From contig JAXGZN010000001.1 of the NCBI GenBank assembly GCA_040776945.1, forward strand, positions 480,001 to 544,000: 64,000 nt of DNA. Reading direction: 5' to 3'. This document shows positions 36,651 to 46,613 of this stretch, piece by piece. Each line of letters begins with the position of its first letter. The first letter of the stretch is position 1. This DNA is from Methanomassiliicoccaceae archaeon (lineage in GTDB: Archaea; Thermoplasmatota; Thermoplasmata; Methanomassiliicoccales; Methanomassiliicoccaceae). The notes beneath the pieces are model-generated. The model did not search any database and was not told where the DNA came from. It worked only from the letters and a program-made list of their open reading frames with translations. A program made the position numbers and the translations under genes.

Positions 36651-36805
36651 TCGTCCTCCGCGTTCGGAGGCGAAAGAGGACCCCTGGTAAGACCGGCGGT
36701 CCGTTCTCGCATCCCATCTTCCAGTCCGACGCGTGTCGGACAGTAGAAAGAAATGAAATGTGAATATATAAGTCTTGTTGCCTGCATGCCGATCACATTG
36801 TAGAA
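36650..36805 (-). promoter_or_regulatory. smc promoter and structured 5' UTR
   Basis: TATA CTTATATA (36772-36765); hairpins at 36724-36741 and 36650-36674, the latter containing the GGAGG SD. Confidence 0.6.
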
Positions 36806-36987
36806 AAAGATGTCTGAGCCAGTATGCACAGGAAAAATTGTATTAAAATATTGGAAAAAATCTTTTCGGATCGTTGTTCTAGCTCCTAGGATTCGTCCAT
36901 TTCGGTCATTGGTTTGTTGGACAATGATGACGTTCATGACCTGACCGGGCCTACGTCGCCAAGTATAAGACCTGACCGACGGTTCCC

Positions 36988-37626
36988 GTGACGATGTCCA
37001 AGATACTGCTCCTGTCGCCCCATACCGATGACGTCGAGCTCGGATGCGGGGGCAGCGTGGCCAAGTTCATCGAGCAGGGGCACGACCTTCTATGGATCGC
37101 GTTCTCGGTGGCGGAGGACTCGCTGCCCGCAGGCATGCCCAAGGACACTTTGGCCAAGGAGTTCGAGAAGGTCGTTCAGATCTACGGTCTCGGACCGGAT
37201 CAGCGCGAGATCCTGGGCTTCAAGGTCCGCCATATGAGCGAGCGCAGGCAGGAGGTGCTCGACCACCTTGTCCGCGTAAGGAGCAGGTTCGGGCCGGACA
37301 TCGTCGTAGGACCGTCGATCCACGACCACCACCAGGACCACCAGGTGGTGGCCAACGAGATGGTCCGAGCCTTCAAGTCCTCGGCCAGCATCATGTGCTA
37401 TGAGCTACCGTGGAACAATGTGCGGTTCGACGACCAGCTGTTCGTGACACTAAACGAGGAGCATATGGACAAGAAATGGGAGGCGCTCCAGGTCTACCGG
37501 TCCCAGCTGGCCAAGGATCGCAGCTACTTCGAGAGGGAGTTCATCTTCGGAACGGCGCGAATGCACGGGGTGCAGTGCAACCATAGGTATGCTGAGGCCT
37601 TCGAGGTCGTCCGATGGCGGATGTAG
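36988..37626 (+). CDS. PIG-L/LmbE family N-acetyl-sugar deacetylase
   Basis: SPHTDDVELGCGG, HQDH, Y.SQ, AEAFE. Confidence 0.92.
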   Translation: MTMSKILLLSPHTDDVELGCGGSVAKFIEQGHDLLWIAFSVAEDSLPAGMPKDTLAKEFEKVVQIYGLGPDQREILGFKVRHMSERRQEVLDHLVRVRSRFGPDIVVGPSIHDHHQDHQVVANEMVRAFKSSASIMCYELPWNNVRFDDQLFVTLNEEHMDKKWEALQVYRSQLAKDRSYFEREFIFGTARMHGVQCNHRYAEAFEVVRWRM

Positions 37627-37645
37627 TCCGCGGTCCCTCTGGCGC

Positions 37646-38296
37646 CTATGGATCGAAACGCATTCTGGACCATCGCTCTTCACGAGCCTCCAGGTCAGCG
37701 AGGGAGTGTATGTCCGATCCCCTCACCATGGCCACGCCTCTTCGTGCAGCGGCCTTGATCCAGCGGGGTCCTGGGGTCATATATCGAGCGTTGATCTCCA
37801 AGGCAACGCGGTGACGCGCCATGAGCCCCATTATCTCATCTAGCTCATCCTGCTCAATGCCTATGCCAGAGCGGTCGGTGAACGTCCCGGGATGAGCCCA
37901 GGCATGCGCTCTGCCCGAGGACAGGACCGCGCGGAGAGCATCCATGAACTTGCCCTTATCCGCTGGGAAGGAGTGGAATGCAAAGATAGGGTAATCGACC
38001 GATTCAAGGATGTTGTCCTCCACGTCCAAGGAGCCGTCGGGTAGCACCTTGGCCTCCAGTCCCGAGAGGACCGTCAGTCCGGGTCTCCTCTTGGCCTTGT
38101 CGATATCGTCCAACAGAGTTCCGAAGTCGTAGTCCAAGGACCTCCTGACATGCTCTGTGAACGCCATCAAGGGTATGGACAGTCGCTCCGCGGCATCGCA
38201 AAGCTGCTCCACGCTCGCGCTTCCATCGGTCATGGCGGTATGGACATGCCACTCGCCCGATAACCTGAGGCCCTCATATCTCTGCCAGGCCCTCAT
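37646..38296 (-). CDS. PHP-domain metal-dependent phosphoesterase
   Basis: WHVHT...DG, FTEH, GLE, AFH, AHP, EIN, GSDIH. Confidence 0.88.
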   Translation of the reverse strand: MRAWQRYEGLRLSGEWHVHTAMTDGSASVEQLCDAAERLSIPLMAFTEHVRRSLDYDFGTLLDDIDKAKRRPGLTVLSGLEAKVLPDGSLDVEDNILESVDYPIFAFHSFPADKGKFMDALRAVLSSGRAHAWAHPGTFTDRSGIGIEQDELDEIMGLMARHRVALEINARYMTPGPRWIKAAARRGVAMVRGSDIHSLADLEAREERWSRMRFDP

Positions 38297-39348
38297 ATCC
38301 TCACCGCGAGGCGGCCGTCCGCCACACCGATGCCTCCCCAGTACCGCATGAGCCTTGTGCCCCAGGTCACCCTCATGGACGGCACTGGCTCGCCCAGGGC
38401 CTTCATGACCGCCGCGTAGATCATGTTGGCACCGGCCAAGGTCGATAGCACCATGGTCCCCTGTACCCTGGGATTGCACTCCAGGAGCTTTGGGGTCCCC
38501 TCGTTGTCAAGCTTGTACTGGAACCCGAAGGCGTAGTCCAGGCCGAGGCTCCTGGCGAGACGCTCCGAGCTCTGGATGATGTCCTCCCGCCTCTCCACCG
38601 TCCCGGCGAAGGTTATGCCGGACACTATGCGGTCCCTCCGTCTAGGTATCGCCAGGATGTCGTCCCCGTGGAACACGTCCACGGTGTACTCGGTCCCCGG
38701 CAGGTGCTCCATCACCATAAGTTCCGGGAACTCGCCACCTAGCACCTGCCTCATGTGGTCCATGCGGACGCAGAGGGAGCTGGGCTTCTCCTCATAGTAA
38801 AGGCGCTTCAGGTCAACGGCCTCATCTATTATCCTGACCCCTCTCATGCCATTCGAGCCGGGCGGCTTGATCACGACCTTTCTTTCAGGCCACCCAAGGT
38901 CCGACGCGGCCTCGACAAGATCGTCGATGGTGGAGGCCATCCGGTGGGCGGGGACCGGGACCCCGATGTTGCGTGCGATCGAAGTGAGAGCGTCCTTGTC
39001 ATTGGCGCAGGATATGGCCACCTTGGGAGAGACCACGACATGGATCCCTTCCCTTCGGAAATCGTCGATGCTCGCGGAGATCGTTTCGAGCTCGGCAGTG
39101 TTCTGCGGGACTATGGTCCGTGCCCCGGCATCATAGCAGAGATCCATGAGCGCGCTGACGTAATCGGGGGAACTGGGCCGGGGGATGGTGCGGAAGGAAT
39201 CGCATAGATACCTTCCGACCACATCATTCTCAATGTCAGTGCCTACCACCTTGACCGGCCTTCGGTCCGGGTTCTCCTTCAATGAGAACAAAGTGCCCGC
39301 TATACCCGGGGCCCCCGACCCGGTAACCACCACGGTCAGCTCCTTCAT
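38293..39348 (-). CDS. ATP-grasp ligase (carbamoyl-phosphate-synthase-like)
   Basis: NDK, VIKPPGSNGMRG, EYTVD, ECNPRVQG. Confidence 0.88.
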   Translation of the reverse strand: MKELTVVVTGSGAPGIAGTLFSLKENPDRRPVKVVGTDIENDVVGRYLCDSFRTIPRPSSPDYVSALMDLCYDAGARTIVPQNTAELETISASIDDFRREGIHVVVSPKVAISCANDKDALTSIARNIGVPVPAHRMASTIDDLVEAASDLGWPERKVVIKPPGSNGMRGVRIIDEAVDLKRLYYEEKPSSLCVRMDHMRQVLGGEFPELMVMEHLPGTEYTVDVFHGDDILAIPRRRDRIVSGITFAGTVERREDIIQSSERLARSLGLDYAFGFQYKLDNEGTPKLLECNPRVQGTMVLSTLAGANMIYAAVMKALGEPVPSMRVTWGTRLMRYWGGIGVADGRLAVRI

Positions 39349-39426
39349 GTCGCAGCCTCACCTTCCACGCTATGTTCCTTCGGCCCACCGAATGGGCTCC
39401 CGGATGCTTAAGCTAATGTGGACGTT

Positions 39427-40536
39427 TCACGACAGTATGCGGGCATATGCATACTGCAGTCTCTCCTTCATCGTACCCCAGTTATACTCTCTCTCGGCCG
39501 CGTCCCGTCCCCTTCGGCCCATCTCTTCCCTGGTCCTCCGGTCCCGCAAGCTGTCCACCGCGCGCCGGAAGTTCTCTTCGCTCCAGTCGAAGGATATGCC
39601 GCAGCCCTCTCTCTCTACTATCATGGCGTTGAGCGTTCCCTTCGACACCAATATGGGCAGCCCGAAGGCCATGCACTCGCCTAGCTTGTTGGCCGTTCCC
39701 GTCCTGTAGTTCTCGTTGGCAGGGTCTATGAGGATGAGAACAGCGTCCACCTTATCGTACTCCTCGAGCAGCCTTGAGAACGGAAGGTGGCCGATATACT
39801 CCACATTGTCATGCTCCATGGCACCTTTCTCCACGGCCTTCTGCAAACGGCCTGAACCGGCGATGCGCAGGACGCACCTGTCGGTCTTGGATGCCGCCTC
39901 TATGCTCTCCTCCAGGTACCGCATCGGCTCGAAGGTCACCGGGTTGAAGAGCACGATGGACTCGTTCTCGACGTGCTGTCTGGTCCTTGACCTCGGAGGA
40001 AGCTCGATGACGTTCATGATCACCAGGACCTTATCGCGGGTGTGCCTCTCCATCTCCGCGGCCATGGCCTCGTTGATGGTGATGGCCAGGTCCACGCGGG
40101 GCAACATTGTTTGCTCCAGCTTCTCCACGAGGCGGGAGACGGCCGCGGGGACGTCCATGGCGATCATCTTGGCGTACCTCTCATGCGCGTCATAGACGAT
40201 GGGCACGCCCCTAAGCCGCGATATCAGCAGCCCCGCGGGCAGGGTGTCCAGGTCATGAGCGTGCACGATCTCGGGGCGGACCTCTCTGGCAGCGGCCAGG
40301 CAACGGAGCAGGAACAGCGGGTAGTTCAGAACGAGCGCGAGCTGCCCGCCGACCCTCCCGGTGCGGACGCGATGCAGCCTCACCCCTTCCACCACCTCGC
40401 GGGGCGGCCTTGCTCGCTGCCGGTCCCACGCAGCGACCGTCACCTCATGGCCGCCATCGATGAGCGCTCTCGCCTCCTTGTGCACCCGGGGGTCCGGGCG
40501 GTACTCGTTGGTGACTAGCATCAAGACTCTGGCCAT
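39427..40536 (-). CDS. Glycosyltransferase family 4
   Basis: DPRVHKEA, HAHDLDTL, YDAHE, NKLGECMAFGLP. Confidence 0.9.
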   Translation of the reverse strand: MARVLMLVTNEYRPDPRVHKEARALIDGGHEVTVAAWDRQRARPPREVVEGVRLHRVRTGRVGGQLALVLNYPLFLLRCLAAAREVRPEIVHAHDLDTLPAGLLISRLRGVPIVYDAHERYAKMIAMDVPAAVSRLVEKLEQTMLPRVDLAITINEAMAAEMERHTRDKVLVIMNVIELPPRSRTRQHVENESIVLFNPVTFEPMRYLEESIEAASKTDRCVLRIAGSGRLQKAVEKGAMEHDNVEYIGHLPFSRLLEEYDKVDAVLILIDPANENYRTGTANKLGECMAFGLPILVSKGTLNAMIVEREGCGISFDWSEENFRRAVDSLRDRRTREEMGRRGRDAAEREYNWGTMKERLQYAYARILS

Positions 40537-40542
40537 GCGACC

Positions 40543-41496
40543 TCAGGCACCGGTGTCGACGGTCCTGCCTTCTCGCAGCGACTCCATGCTCTTCTCGATC
40601 ATCTCGACCGTCCTCACGCCGACTATACCGGAGTTCCTCGTTTCCGTGGCGGGGTCGCCTATGGACCGCAGGAAGTTGGTAAGCTCCGTGCGGATGGTGT
40701 TGTTCCTCTCTATCCCCAGTTTGTAAGTGTACCCGCTCTCGTAGATCGTCACGTCCTGCGCCACCGCGTCGATGAGGGCCGAGCGGTTCTCCCCTATGAG
40801 CTCGATCTGCCGCACCTTGCGGGGGGCCAGCCAGCTCAGGGTGGCGTTCGCCAAGACGCCTGACGGCATCTCACAGGTAATGTACGCCAGCTCCTCCAGC
40901 TCTTTCCTCCGGAACGGTTTCCCGGTGCAGGTGATCCTCGACGGCCAAGCGTCGAAGATGAAGTTCACCATATCAAAGAAGTGCGGGGCCAGGTCCACGA
41001 TTACGTCCCGGTCGGGAAACGCCGGCTCGAGATTGGTCCATGTGAAGTTCATGCTGAACGGCCTGCCGAAGAAGTTCTGGCCCATCAGCCGGCGTATCTC
41101 CAGGAGCGCGTTGTTGAACCGGTAGATGTGACCCACCGACAATGTCAGGTTCTTCCTTCCGGCAAGCTCCACCAGCTCCGCCCCGTCCTTCGACCTCAAT
41201 GTGATGGGCTTCTCCACCAGCACGTGCTTGCCGGCGTCCAGCGCGTCCTTGCACGCCTGGTGGTGCAGGCCGTTGGGAAGGCATACGTTCACCGCGGTGA
41301 TGTCTGCGTCCTTCAGCACCTCGCGGTAGTCATGGTAAAGGTTCTCCACGCCGTAGCGGTCCCTGCAGAACTCCAGGTTCTTGTCCATTTGGTCCGATAC
41401 CGCCTTCACCTTCACGCCGGGGATGTTGCTGTACTCGTCGACTATCTTCTTGCCCCAGTAGCCGACCCCCAGGACGGCGACCTCGATCCTTCTCAT
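40543..41496 (-). CDS. Gfo/Idh/MocA oxidoreductase
   Basis: GVGYWG, GKHVLVEKP, DLAPH. Confidence 0.9.
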   Translation of the reverse strand: MRRIEVAVLGVGYWGKKIVDEYSNIPGVKVKAVSDQMDKNLEFCRDRYGVENLYHDYREVLKDADITAVNVCLPNGLHHQACKDALDAGKHVLVEKPITLRSKDGAELVELAGRKNLTLSVGHIYRFNNALLEIRRLMGQNFFGRPFSMNFTWTNLEPAFPDRDVIVDLAPHFFDMVNFIFDAWPSRITCTGKPFRRKELEELAYITCEMPSGVLANATLSWLAPRKVRQIELIGENRSALIDAVAQDVTIYESGYTYKLGIERNNTIRTELTNFLRSIGDPATETRNSGIVGVRTVEMIEKSMESLREGRTVDTGA

Positions 41497-42587
41497 ATCT
41501 TGCCCCCATAGTGGTCGATGATGGCCTCGCATACGCGATCGACGTCCTCGTCGGCGAGCGTGGGGAATACCGGCAGCGAGAGAACGCGGTCGGCAAGCCG
41601 CTCGCTTTCCGGGTACGAGCCTGGAGAGTACCCGAACGCGTCCCTGTACACCGGCTGCAGGTGAATGGGCACCGGATAGTGGACGGCGGTTTCGATGTCC
41701 CGGGATTGGAGCGATCTGGCCAGGGCGTCTCGGTCCTCGGCCCGGACCACGAAGAGGTGGAAGACCGGGGTGATGTCCCTGTTCCCCATTGGCGGAAGGA
41801 TCACCTCGGGAACGTCCCTGAGCTTCTCGGCGTACCGCCGCGCGATCGCCCGCCGCCGCTCGTTCCATCCGTCAAGGTTGCGCAGCTGCACCCGGCCGAA
41901 GGCGGCGTTGGCGGTGTTCAGCCGAGCGGTGAAGCCGAAGATGTCGTGGACGTACCTCGAGGTTCGCCCGCAGTCCCTGAGCTTTCGAAGGTCCGCGGCC
42001 AACCGCTCGTCGTTCGTAGTGATCATTCCCCCGTCTCCGCCCACGGTCATGTTCTTGGTCGCGTAGAAGGAGAAGCAGCCGGCGTCTCCTATGGACCCGG
42101 CCTTCTTGCCCTTGTATACCGCGCCGTGGGCCTGGCAGGCGTCCTCGATGATCTTCACTTTCTCCCCGACGGCCTCGCGGAGCTCGTCCATTCTCGCTGG
42201 CTGGCCGAACAGGTGCACGGGCATGATCGCGGCGGTGCCGCTCATCGTACGAACCTCGGCGGGATCGATGTTGAGGTCCTTCGGGGACGAGTCGGCGAAC
42301 ACCGGCGTGGCGCCGGCGTGAACGATGGAGTTGGCGGTGGCGATGAAGGAGAGCGGGGAGGTGATGACCTCCTTCCCCCGGACGTTCAGAGCAATGAGGG
42401 TCAGGACCAGGGCGTCCGTGCCTGATGACACCGATATCGCATGCTTCGTCCCGGTGTACCGGGCGAACTCCTCCTCGAACTTGAACACGCTCTCGCCGAG
42501 GACCATCCGCTCGTTGCGCACCGCGTCGGCCATTGCCTCCACCATCTCGTCGGTGACGGTCGGCCTGGATACAGGGATCTTGTTCAT
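41493..42587 (-). CDS. DegT/DnrJ/EryC1/StrS nucleotide-sugar aminotransferase (WbpE-like); may start at GTG 42596
   Basis: SSGTDAL, PVHLFG, EDACQAHG, FSFYATKN, GDGG. Confidence 0.93.
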   Translation of the reverse strand: MNKIPVSRPTVTDEMVEAMADAVRNERMVLGESVFKFEEEFARYTGTKHAISVSSGTDALVLTLIALNVRGKEVITSPLSFIATANSIVHAGATPVFADSSPKDLNIDPAEVRTMSGTAAIMPVHLFGQPARMDELREAVGEKVKIIEDACQAHGAVYKGKKAGSIGDAGCFSFYATKNMTVGGDGGMITTNDERLAADLRKLRDCGRTSRYVHDIFGFTARLNTANAAFGRVQLRNLDGWNERRRAIARRYAEKLRDVPEVILPPMGNRDITPVFHLFVVRAEDRDALARSLQSRDIETAVHYPVPIHLQPVYRDAFGYSPGSYPESERLADRVLSLPVFPTLADEDVDRVCEAIIDHYGGKI

Positions 42588-42592
42588 CTTGC

Positions 42593-43045
42593 TCACTTCC
42601 TCTTGATATCGCGGGCCGGGTTGCCGGCCACCACCGCTCCCGGAGGCACGTCCCTGGTGACCACCGCGCCGGCGCCCACCATGGCGTTCTCGCCTATCGT
42701 CACGCCGCACACGATGACCGCGCCGGCGCCGATGGAGGCGCCCTTCCTGACCACCGTCGGGGTGATCTCCCAGTCTCCCACCGCCCGGGGATGGAGGTCG
42801 TTGGTGAACGTCGCCCGAGGGCCTATGAAGACCTCGTCCTCGATGGTGACGCCCGTAGGGATGAACGCGAACGCCTCGACCTTCACCCGGTCACCGATGA
42901 CCACTCCGCGCTGTATCTCCACATAGGCGGCGATCCTGCACTCCCGGCCGATCCTGCACCCATAGAGGTTGACGAAATCGCGGACGATGGTGTCCTCTCC
43001 GATGTCGCAGTCCTTTATCGAGTAGTATTGGGCCAAGAGCTTCAT
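42593..43045 (-). CDS. Hexapeptide-repeat N-acetyltransferase (WbpD-like)
   Basis: LbH repeats, FTNDLHP, GASIGAGA, VAGNPA. Confidence 0.9.
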   Translation of the reverse strand: MKLLAQYYSIKDCDIGEDTIVRDFVNLYGCRIGRECRIAAYVEIQRGVVIGDRVKVEAFAFIPTGVTIEDEVFIGPRATFTNDLHPRAVGDWEITPTVVRKGASIGAGAVIVCGVTIGENAMVGAGAVVTRDVPPGAVVAGNPARDIKRK

Positions 43046-43092
43046 CTGGCCTGCGTAGCATCTGCCTGCCAATAAATATTTGCTGATGGCCT

Positions 43093-44433
43093 TCAGTCGT
43101 TCGCTCTGTTCCTCCAGGGCCGTCGGCCCCTGAAGGTCCCCTTCCCGATGCCGCGATAGACGAATCCCTCTGAACGGCAGGTTTCGGCCGAGAGCATGTT
43201 CCTCCCGTCCACGATGACAGGGGTGCTCATTTCGGCCTTCAGGTTGTGCAGGTCGAGGCCCCAGTAGCAGGAATGATCTGTCACGATGACCAGGCAGTCC
43301 GCTCCGTTGACCGCCTCTTCGAGCTCGCGCACAAGGGGCGCGCGGTATCCCTTCGCCACGTACGGGTCGTGGACCACCAGGTCAGCGCGGCCGTGCAGCC
43401 GGTCGATGATGGTCAGCGCCGGCGAGTGTCTCGTGTCGTCCGAGTCCCGGAGGAACGCCAGGCCTAGAATGGCGACCCGGGAGCTCTCGATCTCCCGGCC
43501 GGCCTCCGATAGCGCATCCTCTACCAGCTCGACCATGTGCACCGGCATGTGCTCGTTCGTCTCGCGAGCGGAGGTGATGATCGTCGGCTTGAACTCGTTG
43601 AGCGACGAGGTGAACAGCCACGAGTCCTTCGGAAGGCAATGGCCGCCCACGCCGGCCCCGGGGATGTGCATGTCGCGGAAGGGGCAGGTGTTGACGAGGC
43701 GCCGCACTTCGAACGCGTCGGCGCCCAGCTCCTCGCAGGCGAGCGCGACCTCATTGGCGAACGCGATCTGCACGTCCCGGTAGGCGTTCTCCAGCGTCTT
43801 GGATATCTCGGCGTGCAGCAGATCGGAGGTATGCAGCTTCCCTTCCATGATCATGGAGTACAGCTTCTTTCCAGCCTCCACCGATGGAGGGTCGTACCCC
43901 CCGAGGACCCGGTCGTACTCCTTCAGGTTCCTCAACAACCGGCCCGGCATCACTCGCTCGGGACAGTGCACCAAGAGAAAATCCCTCCCCGTCTTCATGC
44001 CGCTGGACTCCTCGATAATAGGTATCACCAGATCCTGCATGGTCCGCGGAGGGAGCGTTGACTCGATGGACACCAGCGCCCCATGGCGCATGTGCTTCCC
44101 TACCGAGCTCACGGCGGACCTAAGGATGTCGAGCACCGGCCTCTTAGTGGCCTCGTCGATAGGCGTGTCCACACAAACGATGATGGCGTCCGCGGCCGAT
44201 ATCCGGGCGTAGTCGGTCGTCGCCACGAGCCTTCCGCTCCCGGCCGCCTCGGACATCAGTTCGGCCAGGCCGGGCTCCTCTCCCTCGATCGGCGATATGC
44301 CGCGGTTGATCTTGTCCACCCGCTCAGCGTCGATGTCCACTGCCAGCGTGCAAGCGCCCTTGGAGGCGAACATGCACGCTACCGGAAGCCCTACATATCC
44401 CGCTCCAATGATGGCGACCGACCGGATGCTCAT
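43093..44433 (-). CDS. Nucleotide-sugar 6-dehydrogenase (WbpA/WecC-like)
   Basis: GAGYVGLP, CPERVMPG, KTLENAYRDVQIAFANE, GVGGHCLPKD. Confidence 0.93.
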   Translation of the reverse strand: MSIRSVAIIGAGYVGLPVACMFASKGACTLAVDIDAERVDKINRGISPIEGEEPGLAELMSEAAGSGRLVATTDYARISAADAIIVCVDTPIDEATKRPVLDILRSAVSSVGKHMRHGALVSIESTLPPRTMQDLVIPIIEESSGMKTGRDFLLVHCPERVMPGRLLRNLKEYDRVLGGYDPPSVEAGKKLYSMIMEGKLHTSDLLHAEISKTLENAYRDVQIAFANEVALACEELGADAFEVRRLVNTCPFRDMHIPGAGVGGHCLPKDSWLFTSSLNEFKPTIITSARETNEHMPVHMVELVEDALSEAGREIESSRVAILGLAFLRDSDDTRHSPALTIIDRLHGRADLVVHDPYVAKGYRAPLVRELEEAVNGADCLVIVTDHSCYWGLDLHNLKAEMSTPVIVDGRNMLSAETCRSEGFVYRGIGKGTFRGRRPWRNRAND

Positions 44434-44531
44434 GCCGCCAGCAACGGGGACGCCGGACTTAAGGGTTTTGTGAGCGGTCCGTACTGGCTCTGTGGAAAAG
44501 GTTTAGAAGCGAGGACGACGCTTATCGCGGC

Positions 44532-45506
44532 ATGCTCAGGGTGGGAGTGATCGGCACCGGTTCCATGGGTCAGAACCATGCCCGCATATATTCAGAGATG
44601 GGTTGCCTGGCCGGCATCTTCGACGTGGACGCCGAGGCCGCTGGCAAGGTATCCCGTAAGCTCGGCGTCACGCCGTGCTCCAACATGGACGATCTCTTCC
44701 GGAACGTTGACGCGGTTAGCGTTTGCACCCCGACCCATTGCCATTATGACACAGCTGTTAAGGCCATCGAGCTCGGAAAGGCGGTGCTGGTGGAGAAGCC
44801 GTTCACCGGGGATGTGGAGAAGGCCAGGAAGATATGCGAGCTGGCAGAGAACAAGGGCGTCACCATCGCCTCTGGGTTCGTGGAGCGCTTCAATCCCGTG
44901 GTGTCCGCGACCAGGGACGCCATCACCTCCGGCCGCTTCGGCAAGGTGGTGTCCATAGCTTCACGCCGCGTGTCATCGTATCCTTTCCGTATCCGCGACG
45001 TCGGGGTCATCATGGACCTGGCCATTCACGACGTGGATGTCATACGATACCTTACAAGGGAGCGGATCGACTCGGTGTACGCGCTGGGCGGGAAGATGTC
45101 CAACGACCGCTTCGAGGATCACGCCACCCTGCTGCTGCAGACGGCCAGCGGTTCAACGGGCATGGTCGAGGTGAACTGGCTGACCCCGATGAAGGTGCGC
45201 AAGGTCTCCATCACCTGCTCCGACGGCTATGCGGTTATGGACTACATGGACCAGAGCCTGCAGTTCTCGACTTCCCGCATGGACCACATTGACACATCGA
45301 ACATGGCCTCCATGCCCATCGAACTGGACACCCATCAGGTGTACGTCCGCAGGGAGGAGCCGCTGAAGCGGGAGCTCACGAGCTTCGTGGACGCGGCGGA
45401 AAGGGGCGACCGGTCGGAATGCGACGGCTGGAACGCCCTGGACAATGTGACCATCTGCTCCGCGGCGCTGACATCTATGAAAAAAGGGTGCCGCGTGTCG
45501 GTCTAA
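44532..45506 (+). CDS. Gfo/Idh/MocA oxidoreductase (UDP-GlcNAc(A) 3-dehydrogenase / WbpB-like)
   Basis: GTGSMGQNHAR, VEKP, ERFNP, RIRDVGVIMDLAIHD, NWLTP.KVR. Confidence 0.9.
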   Translation: MLRVGVIGTGSMGQNHARIYSEMGCLAGIFDVDAEAAGKVSRKLGVTPCSNMDDLFRNVDAVSVCTPTHCHYDTAVKAIELGKAVLVEKPFTGDVEKARKICELAENKGVTIASGFVERFNPVVSATRDAITSGRFGKVVSIASRRVSSYPFRIRDVGVIMDLAIHDVDVIRYLTRERIDSVYALGGKMSNDRFEDHATLLLQTASGSTGMVEVNWLTPMKVRKVSITCSDGYAVMDYMDQSLQFSTSRMDHIDTSNMASMPIELDTHQVYVRREEPLKRELTSFVDAAERGDRSECDGWNALDNVTICSAALTSMKKGCRVSV

Positions 45507-45746
45507 GCCAGCCCCGCGCTTCGGTCCTCGGCGCACCGCCGGCTGTCCTCACGCGCTGCGCCACGAGCTCGCGGGACCTTTTCCGTGTCGGATATGATGT
45601 AAGACCATTGTGACGGGGGACATGGTCTTCTCGATCGGACGGGGAATTTGAGCGCTCGAGGCCCAAAGCGTTCCTTTGGCAATGCCATCGTCCCGATATG
45701 CGACACCAACCTTTTTTATGATAGTTAACGCATAGTGTGACCTCTC

Positions 45747-46565
45747 ATGTTGGTGAGCGTGGTCCTGAACATCATGAACGAGGAGCGGTACATCGCCGAT
45801 CTCCTGGACAGCCTGGTCATACAGGAGGGTCCGCTGGAGATCGTGGTCGTGGACGCTGGCTCCCAGGACCGCACCCGGGACATCGTGGGCAGTTACGAGG
45901 CCAAGTATCCTGACCTGATCAGGATGCACGTGCACCCTGGCAGGCGGGGAGAGAGCACCAACTACGGGATATCGAAGGCCCGCGGAGAGATTATCGCCTT
46001 CACCGGCGGCGATGATCTCGCGAACCCCAACTGGGTCCGCGAGCTGAGGAGGAGCTTCGAGCAGGGCGCAGACATCGTCGCAGGCCGCTCGATCATGATC
46101 GGCCTCAAGGCCTGGGAGGACCTTGACCGCGTGGAGCTTTTCCACAAGGGCTACGACGTATCGTACCCCTCGGCGAACATGGCCTTCCGCCGGGAGGTAC
46201 TGCAGAAGGTGGGAGGGTTCGACACCTGGTTCATCACCGCCGAAGACATTGACCTTAACTATCGAGCCGTCGACGCTGGGTACAGGATCACTTGGAACCC
46301 CGACGCCATAGTGTATCGACGCACGAAGTCCACGGTCTACGGGTTCTTCAAGCAGGCGTTCTGGAACGGGGCGGGCAGGAAGCAGCTTACCCTGAAGCAT
46401 GGCAACCTGTGGGGTCGCTACGACCCGCTTCGCATGTTCAAGCAGAAGATGACCTTCTGGGCGCTAATGCGCCTCGCCGTAGCGCTTATGGGCTACATCG
46501 GCTTCAAGCTGTTCGACGACAAGGGCCCCTATGGCAGGAAGAAACGGGCCAGCCGAGCCGACTAG
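45747..46565 (+). CDS. Glycosyltransferase family 2
   Basis: VVVDAGSQDRT, variant DxD region (FTGGDD), ANMAFRR...GGFD...AEDID. Confidence 0.9.
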   Translation: MLVSVVLNIMNEERYIADLLDSLVIQEGPLEIVVVDAGSQDRTRDIVGSYEAKYPDLIRMHVHPGRRGESTNYGISKARGEIIAFTGGDDLANPNWVRELRRSFEQGADIVAGRSIMIGLKAWEDLDRVELFHKGYDVSYPSANMAFRREVLQKVGGFDTWFITAEDIDLNYRAVDAGYRITWNPDAIVYRRTKSTVYGFFKQAFWNGAGRKQLTLKHGNLWGRYDPLRMFKQKMTFWALMRLAVALMGYIGFKLFDDKGPYGRKKRASRAD

Positions 46566-46613
46566 GCCGGGCACATTATTATATTCACTTTCCGTTCATG
46601 TTGAGGGTCCTTC

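Noticed and set aside
36740-36940. AT-rich stretch as a replication origin
   Set aside because: No ORB-like repeats and no cdc6/orc gene; divergent promoters explain it adequately.
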